A stretch of 64,000 bases of DNA, from positions 175,131 through 239,130 of the forward strand of contig CAXXMR010000019.1 in assembly GCA_963663805.2 (NCBI GenBank), given 5' to 3'. Position 1 is the first letter of the stretch. Each line of letters starts with the position of its first letter. The translations under genes and the position numbers were made by a program. The notes beneath the pieces were generated by a model. The model was not told where the DNA came from and did no database searches. It was given only the letters and a program-made list of their open reading frames with translations. This document shows positions 50,488 to 58,424 of this stretch, piece by piece. Source of the stretch: Sedimentisphaerales bacterium. GTDB taxonomy: Bacteria; Planctomycetota; Phycisphaerae; Sedimentisphaerales; SM23-30.

Positions 50488-51879
50488 ATGTCCCCCAACA
50501 TGGATACCAACAACAATATAGTTACCATAGATGGCCCCGCCGGCTCCGGTAAAAGCACCGTCGCCGAACTGCTAGCCCAAAAATTAAACTGGGCCTACCT
50601 TGACACCGGAGCTATGTACCGAACCGTAACACTAGCAGCAATGCGTTGCGAGTTGGACATGAATGATTTGGAAGCCTTAGAAGAATTAACGCGAAATTGT
50701 GATATAGGTTTTACATACGAAAAAGGTAATAATAGGGTTTATTTGGGCAATAAGGAGGTTACAGATGAAATTCGCGACCCCAATGTAACCGCCCACGCCA
50801 AACATGCCGCCTCCAACCCCGCCGTCCGAGCCTTGCTGGTCGAACAACAGCAAAAAATCGCTCAAGAGGTCGGCTCATTAGTCACCGAAGGACGCGACCA
50901 GGGAACCGTCGCCTTCCCCAACGCCAAATTCAAATTCTACCTCGAAGCCTCACCCGAAACCCGCGCTCAAAGGAGGTTCCAACAATTACAACAGCAGGGC
51001 CGAAAAGATGTAACTTACCCACAAATCCTCGCCGACCAGCAAAAACGCGACCTCAGCGATGCCCAGCGCCAGGTCGGCCCTATGAAACCCGCGCCCGACG
51101 CCCAAATCGTCGACACCAGCGACCTTAACATCGAACAGGTCGTCGATAAACTCCACCAAATCATCACCGCCGAAACAGCATTCACCGAGCTGCCCCAGGA
51201 TACCAGAATCACCGCCCCCAGATTTTACGAAAACGTACGTAATTGGTACCGCTTCACTCGCTCGACCGTAAGAAACATCTTCCGCCTCATCTATACCGTA
51301 AAGGTCTATGGCCGCGACAATATCCCCGAAACCGGCCCCGTTCTCCTTGTCTGCAACCACCAGAGTTTCCTCGACCCAATGCTCATCCCTGCTTCCATCG
51401 CCCGCGAGGTAAACTTCATGGCCCGCGACACACTTTTCAAAAACCCCATTTTCGGACGATTAATCTCCTCACTAAGTGCCTTCCCCGTCGCCAGAGGCCA
51501 GGCCGACGTCACCGCCATCAAACAAATCATCGAAAAACTAAAACAGGACAAAGTCGTCCTGCTCTTCCCCGAGGGCACCCGCACCACCGACGGCAGAATC
51601 ACCAAAGTAAAAAGCGGATTCGATCTTATCGCCCGTCGCGGTAAAGCATTCGCCGTCCCTGTAGTAATCGAAGGTGCTTTCGAGGCTTGGCCCCGCAACC
51701 GAAAACTCCCCGGCACAGGCCACCATATCTCCATTATGTTCGGTAAACCCGTCTCACCCCAGCAGGCCAAAGACATGCCCCGCGACCAACTGGTCCATTG
51801 GATTAACAATGAACTACGCAGGATGCAAAACCAGCTCCGCCAAAAAATGAACCGACCACCTTTCTCATACAAAGACTAA
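50488..51879 (+). CDS. cmk: Cytidylate kinase fused to a 1-acyl-glycerol-3-phosphate acyltransferase domain
   Basis: IDGPAGSGKST, DTGAMYR and EGRDQGT, then NHQSFLD and FPEGTRT in the same frame. Confidence 0.92.
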   Translation: MSPNMDTNNNIVTIDGPAGSGKSTVAELLAQKLNWAYLDTGAMYRTVTLAAMRCELDMNDLEALEELTRNCDIGFTYEKGNNRVYLGNKEVTDEIRDPNVTAHAKHAASNPAVRALLVEQQQKIAQEVGSLVTEGRDQGTVAFPNAKFKFYLEASPETRAQRRFQQLQQQGRKDVTYPQILADQQKRDLSDAQRQVGPMKPAPDAQIVDTSDLNIEQVVDKLHQIITAETAFTELPQDTRITAPRFYENVRNWYRFTRSTVRNIFRLIYTVKVYGRDNIPETGPVLLVCNHQSFLDPMLIPASIAREVNFMARDTLFKNPIFGRLISSLSAFPVARGQADVTAIKQIIEKLKQDKVVLLFPEGTRTTDGRITKVKSGFDLIARRGKAFAVPVVIEGAFEAWPRNRKLPGTGHHISIMFGKPVSPQQAKDMPRDQLVHWINNELRRMQNQLRQKMNRPPFSYKD

Positions 51880-51894
51880 TCCCCACCGGCCAGC

Positions 51895-52236
51895 AAAAAC
51901 ATGCACATAAGTAAGCAACGCCGTTAAGTTACTTGCCAACCACGCAAGCGACCAACGGAAGCGTCAAATACGCCCCAAATGCCCGCGGCGCTCAATCAGT
52001 GCGATACGCACCAACAGAAGCCGAGCCGCGTAAGCGGCCGGATACGACTACCAACCAACAACCTAAACCTAACCCACGTATCCAAAATCCCAAAAAAAAC
52101 AGAGGTGATGGCACCAGCCCATAAAATAAACCCTGCCCAAGGCAGGCACCTCGCCGTTAATCGTCCAACCCTCGACCGCAGGTCGAAACCTAGCCGTTCA
52201 CTCTTGCCTCATCCCTCATGCCTCTTGCCTTCCTAA
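51895..52236 (+). repeat. Intergenic mosaic repeat M8, interrupted by IS1634 copy 1
   Basis: Degenerate REP unit-GCCGTT, a 23-bp unit identical to M1, two hairpin-GCCGTT modules (52132, 52172), and heptamers that resume after the IS. Confidence 0.85.
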
Positions 52237-54221
52237 CCCCAATTTCTCACTTAGCGGTCAAAACCGTCAAAAATAAAAATATTTTCTGTGATTTTGAGTT
52301 GTAAGCGGCGATTTTAGTTCGATATTGGCTCTGGTACAGACCTGCCCTATTGCCAGGTGTTTTTCAGCCGCGATAATATGTGCATGTACCTGAAGAAGCA
52401 CAAGCGAAAGAAGAACGGCAAGTACAACACCTACTACAGCATAGCTGAGAAGCGTAAAGTCTCGCGCGGTCGTTATGTGGAGAAGATGGTTCTGTATCTC
52501 GGGGAGATTTCCGATTCGCAAAAGAAGTCCTGGGAAAAGTCTATTGAGATAATCAACGAGGATAACCAGCCTGTCCGCAAATCATTGTTTGCTTATGACC
52601 AGGATAATCATGCCCACCATGATGTCGATACCATTGCCGTGAAATTATCAAAGATGCGGCTGGAAAACCCCCGAACATTTGGTGACTGTTGGCTGGGCTG
52701 TGAGATATGGGATACTCTTGGGCTGGATAAATTCTGGTCCGCTCGTATAGACACCGAAAGATCTTCGGTGGAGTATTCCAAAGTCGTTAAATTATTGACG
52801 GTAAATCGTCTTATCAAACCCGGCGCGGAGTTTTATGTTCATCAGCACTGGTTTACTCAAACCGCAATGGATGTATTGCTGGACTGTGATTTTGAGGTTG
52901 CCGAAAAGAACCGGCTTTACCGCTGCCTGGACAGGATATTGCCCTACAAAGAGGAGCTTTGCTCTTATCTGAAAGATACCTGGCAGATGATGTTCAATCT
53001 GGAATACGATATTTTGCTTTACGATATCACCAGTACGTATTTTGAGGGATTATGCAAACAGAATCCTAAAGCCAAATTTGGTCATAGCAAAGATCGCAGA
53101 AGTGATTGTCGGCAGATTCTGATAGCTTTGGTAGTTACGCCCGATGGCTTTCCGATTAATTATGAAATCTGGGCGGGTAATACCTCGGAGAAAACCACGC
53201 TAAAGCCGTTATTGAACAAGATAGAGTCAAAATACGGCCAAGTCGGCAGGGTTTGGCTGATGGACCGGGGTATCCCCACAGAAGCGGTACTTGAGCACAT
53301 GCGTGATAATGACATTGGTTACCTTGTTGGTACTCCTCGTAAATTACTGGATGAATTCTCAAAAGAACTCTCGGTGAAAAACTGGCATGATGTAAATGAC
53401 AGTGTTCGCATAAAGCATATCGAAAAAGATGGTGAATGTTATGTTCTAGCCCGCAGCAAAGAGCGGATGGCTAAAGAACGGGCTATGCGTAAGCGCAAGC
53501 TGCGTGACTATCTGGAAGGTCTGGAGAAGCTGAAGAAATATCGTGATTACGCCCGTTTTATGCAAAGGCTGGGCAAACTCAAACATCATGCTGGCAGTTC
53601 GTATAAATGCGTTACTCTTACAATTCCAAAACCAAAGGAAAGAATTGAGGAAGGTGAGTTTGATTATAAATTCGATAGGAACAAATACCGAGAAATGATT
53701 TATCGTGACGGCACATACTTTTTGCGTACCAATCAAACCGGAAAGAATGGCATAGAGCTTTGGCAGGAGTATATGCTGCAATGTAATGTAGAACAAGCGT
53801 TCCGGGAGCTCAAAAGCGATCTGGGTGTTCGGCCGGTCTATCACCATAAAGAAGACCGGGTCGATGCTCACGTGTTTGTAGCGTTTATGAGCTATTGTCT
53901 GCAAGTGACCTTGAGACACAGACTGCGGGCCAGTGCCTGCGGGATAACCAGCCAGGCCGTTTTGGAAACAATGTCACGAATCCAGATGCTCGATGTGTCC
54001 TTTGAAACCCAGGACGGCAGGACTCTGCTGATGCAGAGATATACCGAGCCCGATGGCGATCAGAAATTGCTGCTATACCATTTGAAGATGGAAATGCCGC
54101 CGCAAAAGCCACCGAAAATATACAGCGGTCAGCTCAAAAAATAACACCACTGTTGGCGACAGACCAACAGCCCTGAAGGAGCCAAAAATCCACTTTTTAC
54201 CCCTTAAGTGAGAAATTGGGG
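52237..54221 (+). mobile_element. IS1634-family insertion sequence, copy 1 (1985 bp)
   Basis: 17-bp inverted repeats CCCCAATTTCTCACTTA; flanking duplication CTAA (52233-52236, 54222-54225). Confidence 0.92.
52357..54144 (+). CDS. IS1634-family transposase
   Basis: LYDITSTYFEG, GHSKDRR, GNTSE, MDRG and VEQAFRELKSDL..RPVYH. Likely start is MYLKK at 52384. Confidence 0.92.
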   Translation: MFFSRDNMCMYLKKHKRKKNGKYNTYYSIAEKRKVSRGRYVEKMVLYLGEISDSQKKSWEKSIEIINEDNQPVRKSLFAYDQDNHAHHDVDTIAVKLSKMRLENPRTFGDCWLGCEIWDTLGLDKFWSARIDTERSSVEYSKVVKLLTVNRLIKPGAEFYVHQHWFTQTAMDVLLDCDFEVAEKNRLYRCLDRILPYKEELCSYLKDTWQMMFNLEYDILLYDITSTYFEGLCKQNPKAKFGHSKDRRSDCRQILIALVVTPDGFPINYEIWAGNTSEKTTLKPLLNKIESKYGQVGRVWLMDRGIPTEAVLEHMRDNDIGYLVGTPRKLLDEFSKELSVKNWHDVNDSVRIKHIEKDGECYVLARSKERMAKERAMRKRKLRDYLEGLEKLKKYRDYARFMQRLGKLKHHAGSSYKCVTLTIPKPKERIEEGEFDYKFDRNKYREMIYRDGTYFLRTNQTGKNGIELWQEYMLQCNVEQAFRELKSDLGVRPVYHHKEDRVDAHVFVAFMSYCLQVTLRHRLRASACGITSQAVLETMSRIQMLDVSFETQDGRTLLMQRYTEPDGDQKLLLYHLKMEMPPQKPPKIYSGQLKK

Positions 54222-54326
54222 CTAAATGCCTTCCTCCCACCTTTCTCAAAAAAACCTGGGTTTTCCCGCCTTAACTTTATATAATGACATTTTTGTTGAT
54301 TGACACACAAGGATAAGGACTAACAA

Positions 54327-55040
54327 ATGCCTTACCGAACCATGGACACACTTGAGCTGGCCCGTTTTCTCGGACTCGATGTCCGCAAAGTCGAACGTAT
54401 GGCCCAACGCGGCGAAATCCCCTGCCAGAAAGTAGGCGGAAAACTTCGCTTCAATCAAGCTGAACTCACCGAGTGGATGCAGCAGCGGATGTCCACCATG
54501 AGCCATAACCACCTTGCTGATTTCGATGCCGGAATCACCGCCCACCGCGAAGCCGACCCCGAAGAACTGGTCATTACTCCCATGCTCCGCGCTGAATCAA
54601 TCAATATTGCCCTCGCCGCCCGCACTCGCAACAGTATACTAAAAGAACTGGTCGCACTCGCCGAAAAAACCGAACTCGTTTACGACCCCGCCGAACTGCT
54701 CGAAGCCCTTACTTCCCGCGAGGAATTATGCAGCACCGCCATGGAAGGCGGACTCGCCATCCCGCATCCCCGCCGCCCCTTGCCCTATACGCTCGGCGAC
54801 TCCGTACTCGTAATCGCCAAAACCCCCCAGGGCATCGGCTACGGCGGACCCGACGGAAAATTAACAGACCTGTTCTTCATGACATGTTCCCAGGACGACC
54901 GCCACCATCTCCACATCCTCGCCCGCCTCTGCCGCCTGCTGAACGACAGCGACCTAGCCGAAAATATCCGCCAAGCCGAAAACCCCCAACAAGTCATCGA
55001 ACTAATGAAAACCCGCGAAGCCGAAGTCCTAAACCGCTAG
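54327..55040 (+). CDS. Excisionase-like HTH fused to a PTS EIIA(Ntr/Fru) domain
   Basis: ELARFL...GEIPCQKVGGKLRF, then REELCSTA...AIPHPR (phospho-His) and HLHILARL. Confidence 0.88.
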   Translation: MPYRTMDTLELARFLGLDVRKVERMAQRGEIPCQKVGGKLRFNQAELTEWMQQRMSTMSHNHLADFDAGITAHREADPEELVITPMLRAESINIALAARTRNSILKELVALAEKTELVYDPAELLEALTSREELCSTAMEGGLAIPHPRRPLPYTLGDSVLVIAKTPQGIGYGGPDGKLTDLFFMTCSQDDRHHLHILARLCRLLNDSDLAENIRQAENPQQVIELMKTREAEVLNR

Positions 55041-55175
55041 ACGAATTTAATGTACCCGGTACACTTTCCCACTCCACTCCCCAACCACCGCCCATCAGAG
55101 CCGCGCACGTAAGTAAGCGGTGCCGTTAATTGTTCAAATCTCGGCCAAAGACCGAAACCAAGCCGTTGTCCTTAA
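55041..55175 (+). repeat. Intergenic mosaic repeat M9, left part (interrupted by IS1634 copy 2)
   Basis: ATCAGAGCCGCGCACGTAAGTAAGCGGT-GCCGTT, then TCGGCC AAA GACCGA-AACCAA-GCCGTT-GTCCTT. Confidence 0.85.
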
Positions 55176-57160
55176 CCCCAATTTCTCACTTAGCGGTCAA
55201 AACCGTCAAAAATAAAAATATTTTCTGTGATTTTGAGTTGTAAGCGGCGATTTTAGTTCGATATTGGCTCTGGTACAGACCTGCCCTATTGCCAGGTGTT
55301 TTTCAGCCGCGATAATATGTGCATGTACCTGAAGAAGCACAAGCGAAAGAAGAACGGCAAGTACAACACCTACTACAGCATAGCTGAGAAGCGTAAAGTC
55401 TCGCGCGGTCGTTATGTGGAGAAGATGGTTCTGTATCTCGGGGAGATTTCCGATTCGCAAAAGAAGTCCTGGGAAAAGTCTATTGAGATAATCAACGAGG
55501 ATAACCAGCCTGTCCGCAAATCATTGTTTGCTTATGACCAGGATAATCATGCCCACCATGATGTCGATACCATTGCCGTGAAATTATCAAAGATGCGGCT
55601 GGAAAACCCCCGAACATTTGGTGACTGTTGGCTGGGCTGTGAGATATGGGATACTCTTGGGCTGGATAAATTCTGGTCCGCTCGTATAGACACCGAAAGA
55701 TCTTCGGTGGAGTATTCCAAAGTCGTTAAATTATTGACGGTAAATCGTCTTATCAAACCCGGCGCGGAGTTTTATGTTCATCAGCACTGGTTTACTCAAA
55801 CCGCAATGGATGTATTGCTGGACTGTGATTTTGAGGTTGCCGAAAAGAACCGGCTTTACCGCTGCCTGGACAGGATATTGCCCTACAAAGAGGAGCTTTG
55901 CTCTTATCTGAAAGATACCTGGCAGATGATGTTCAATCTGGAATACGATATTTTGCTTTACGATATCACCAGTACGTATTTTGAGGGATTATGCAAACAG
56001 AATCCTAAAGCCAAATTTGGTCATAGCAAAGATCGCAGAAGTGATTGTCGGCAGATTCTGATAGCTTTGGTAGTTACGCCCGATGGCTTTCCGATTAATT
56101 ATGAAATCTGGGCGGGTAATACCTCGGAGAAAACCACGCTAAAGCCGTTATTGAACAAGATAGAGTCAAAATACGGCCAAGTCGGCAGGGTTTGGCTGAT
56201 GGACCGGGGTATCCCCACAGAAGCGGTACTTGAGCACATGCGTGATAATGACATTGGTTACCTTGTTGGTACTCCTCGTAAATTACTGGATGAATTCTCA
56301 AAAGAACTCTCGGTGAAAAACTGGCATGATGTAAATGACAGTGTTCGCATAAAGCATATCGAAAAAGATGGTGAATGTTATGTTCTAGCCCGCAGCAAAG
56401 AGCGGATGGCTAAAGAACGGGCTATGCGTAAGCGCAAGCTGCGTGACTATCTGGAAGGTCTGGAGAAGCTGAAGAAATATCGTGATTACGCCCGTTTTAT
56501 GCAAAGGCTGGGCAAACTCAAACATCATGCTGGCAGTTCGTATAAATGCGTTACTCTTACAATTCCAAAACCAAAGGAAAGAATTGAGGAAGGTGAGTTT
56601 GATTATAAATTCGATAGGAACAAATACCGAGAAATGATTTATCGTGACGGCACATACTTTTTGCGTACCAATCAAACCGGAAAGAATGGCATAGAGCTTT
56701 GGCAGGAGTATATGCTGCAATGTAATGTAGAACAAGCGTTCCGGGAGCTCAAAAGCGATCTGGGTGTTCGGCCGGTCTATCACCATAAAGAAGACCGGGT
56801 CGATGCTCACGTGTTTGTAGCGTTTATGAGCTATTGTCTGCAAGTGACCTTGAGACACAGACTGCGGGCCAGTGCCTGCGGGATAACCAGCCAGGCCGTT
56901 TTGGAAACAATGTCACGAATCCAGATGCTCGATGTGTCCTTTGAAACCCAGGACGGCAGGACTCTGCTGATGCAGAGATATACCGAGCCCGATGGCGATC
57001 AGAAATTGCTGCTATACCATTTGAAGATGGAAATGCCGCCGCAAAAGCCACCGAAAATATACAGCGGTCAGCTCAAAAAATAACACCACTGTTGGCGACA
57101 GACCAACAGCCCTGAAGGAGCCAAAAATCCACTTTTTACCCCTTAAGTGAGAAATTGGGG
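55176..57160 (+). mobile_element. IS1634-family insertion sequence, copy 2 (1985 bp)
   Basis: Same 17-bp inverted repeats and identical transposase translation; flanking duplication TTAA (55172-55175, 57161-57164). Confidence 0.92.
55296..57083 (+). CDS. IS1634-family transposase, identical translation to 52357-54144
   Basis: Identical 595-aa translation in the ORF track. Confidence 0.92.
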   Translation: MFFSRDNMCMYLKKHKRKKNGKYNTYYSIAEKRKVSRGRYVEKMVLYLGEISDSQKKSWEKSIEIINEDNQPVRKSLFAYDQDNHAHHDVDTIAVKLSKMRLENPRTFGDCWLGCEIWDTLGLDKFWSARIDTERSSVEYSKVVKLLTVNRLIKPGAEFYVHQHWFTQTAMDVLLDCDFEVAEKNRLYRCLDRILPYKEELCSYLKDTWQMMFNLEYDILLYDITSTYFEGLCKQNPKAKFGHSKDRRSDCRQILIALVVTPDGFPINYEIWAGNTSEKTTLKPLLNKIESKYGQVGRVWLMDRGIPTEAVLEHMRDNDIGYLVGTPRKLLDEFSKELSVKNWHDVNDSVRIKHIEKDGECYVLARSKERMAKERAMRKRKLRDYLEGLEKLKKYRDYARFMQRLGKLKHHAGSSYKCVTLTIPKPKERIEEGEFDYKFDRNKYREMIYRDGTYFLRTNQTGKNGIELWQEYMLQCNVEQAFRELKSDLGVRPVYHHKEDRVDAHVFVAFMSYCLQVTLRHRLRASACGITSQAVLETMSRIQMLDVSFETQDGRTLLMQRYTEPDGDQKLLLYHLKMEMPPQKPPKIYSGQLKK

Positions 57161-57236
57161 TTAAATAAAAAAACCCGCCAAAGGCGGCAACTCGCCGTTC
57201 ACTTATGCCTAATGCCTAATGCCTAATGCCTTCTTA
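57161..57236 (+). repeat. Mosaic repeat M9, right part
   Basis: CCGCC AAA GGCGG-CAACTC-GCCGTT, then (TGCCTAA)x3. Confidence 0.85.
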
Positions 57237-57812
57237 GGGTTCCCACCGGCAGGCAACATCATGCTCCACCCCCAGCAAATCCAAAATCCGACCCACGAGC
57301 ATATCCACCAAATCATCTATCGACTTAGGCCCCAGATAGAAACCCGGCGCCGCCGGCATAATAATCGCCCCCGCCCGGCTCAAACGCAGCATATTCTCAA
57401 TATCAATTTCGCTCAGAGGCGTCTCACGATGTACCACTACCAGCCGCCGCCGCTGTTTCAAACTCACCTGTGCCGCCCGCAAACTCAGGCTGTTGCAAAT
57501 ACCCGCCGCCATTGCTGCCATGCTGTTCGCCGAACATGGACAAACCACCATCCCCTCAACCTTATGCGAACCGCTGGCCAATACATCCGCCATACAATTG
57601 TCATCATGAAAAACCACTCGTTCACTCACTCGCCCAATGAGTTCTTCACAATTTAGTTTCATAACCCCCAATTCCCGCTCCAGCAAATCAGCCCCTGCCT
57701 CAGTAACGATAACCTGAACCATCGCCCCCGCCCGCTCCAGCAAATCTACCAGCCGACGACCGTAAACCGCGCCGCTGGCACCCGTAATCGACACCACAAA
57801 TTCTTTAGCCAT
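57234..57812 (-). CDS. ubiX: Flavin prenyltransferase UbiX
   Basis: ITGASG, ASGS, PCSANS, RETPL and PAAPGFY. Confidence 0.93.
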   Translation of the reverse strand: MAKEFVVSITGASGAVYGRRLVDLLERAGAMVQVIVTEAGADLLERELGVMKLNCEELIGRVSERVVFHDDNCMADVLASGSHKVEGMVVCPCSANSMAAMAAGICNSLSLRAAQVSLKQRRRLVVVHRETPLSEIDIENMLRLSRAGAIIMPAAPGFYLGPKSIDDLVDMLVGRILDLLGVEHDVACRWEP

Positions 57813-58162
57813 CAGTCCCCCGAACCAGCGCTATCTGCCCGACACTTTTCTTTATCTGTCCCATATTTGCGTATGGCTGGCATAACCAGCAACGCCAGAA
57901 CAACCCCCCCGACAAGACCAATTCCTGCCCCTGCGATTTGCCGCCAACTGCTCGACCCTTCAACCGGTTCGCTGCCTTGCAGAATAATCGCCCCAACCAC
58001 CGCGCCTATCAGAGGGAAAATAAACACCGCCACACTGCCCAGCGACAAGCCCGCCGGCGTAAAATCTCCCCGACGCTCCATCCCCCAAACCTCTCGGCAG
58101 GGGTCGCCGTTCGGACACCCCTCACAAACCCCAGGACGCTCCGATTCACTGCCTCTAGCCAT
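57812..58162 (-). CDS. Small Cys-motif two-TM protein, RseC/MucC-like
   Basis: CEGCPNGDPC, then AVFIFPL and two TM helices. Confidence 0.55.
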   Translation of the reverse strand: MARGSESERPGVCEGCPNGDPCREVWGMERRGDFTPAGLSLGSVAVFIFPLIGAVVGAIILQGSEPVEGSSSWRQIAGAGIGLVGGVVLALLVMPAIRKYGTDKEKCRADSAGSGD

Positions 58163-58218
58163 AATACCTTTCGCCGTTCCATGTCCCGATAAAAGTTTTT
58201 ACAAAAATACTTTGCACA

Positions 58219-58405
58219 CATCAGAGCAGCGCACGTAAGTAAGCGGTGTCGCTAACGTTAAAAATCAAATAATCTCGACCGCAGGTCGAAACCTCGCCGT
58301 TCACTCATGCCTCTTGCTAATGCCTCAGGCCTTAGAATTATTTTTTCGCTGTTAATCCGTTAAAAAATCCGCGACAATCTGCGTAATCCGCGGTTAAAAT
58401 TATTT
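58219..58405 (+). repeat. Intergenic mosaic repeat M10
   Basis: REP unit-GTCGCT, then TCGACC GCA GGTCGA-AACCTC-GCCGTT, heptamers, and AATCCGCGACAATCTGCGTAATCCGCGGTTAAA. Confidence 0.85.
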
Positions 58406-58424
58406 CGTTACTGTTAGTCTGTTG

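Noticed and set aside
50723..50750. dif-like ATAA-N6-TTAT core inside cmk
   Set aside because: The arms do not match the XerC/XerD consensus and the site lies within a coding region.
52237..57160. Composite transposon carrying the PTS IIA gene
   Set aside because: Each IS has its own target duplication (CTAA versus TTAA) and the outer flanks do not match, so the unit did not insert as one piece.
41..58405. CRISPR array interpretation of the hairpin repeats
   Set aside because: Copies are dispersed, variable and not separated by uniform spacers; no cas genes are present.
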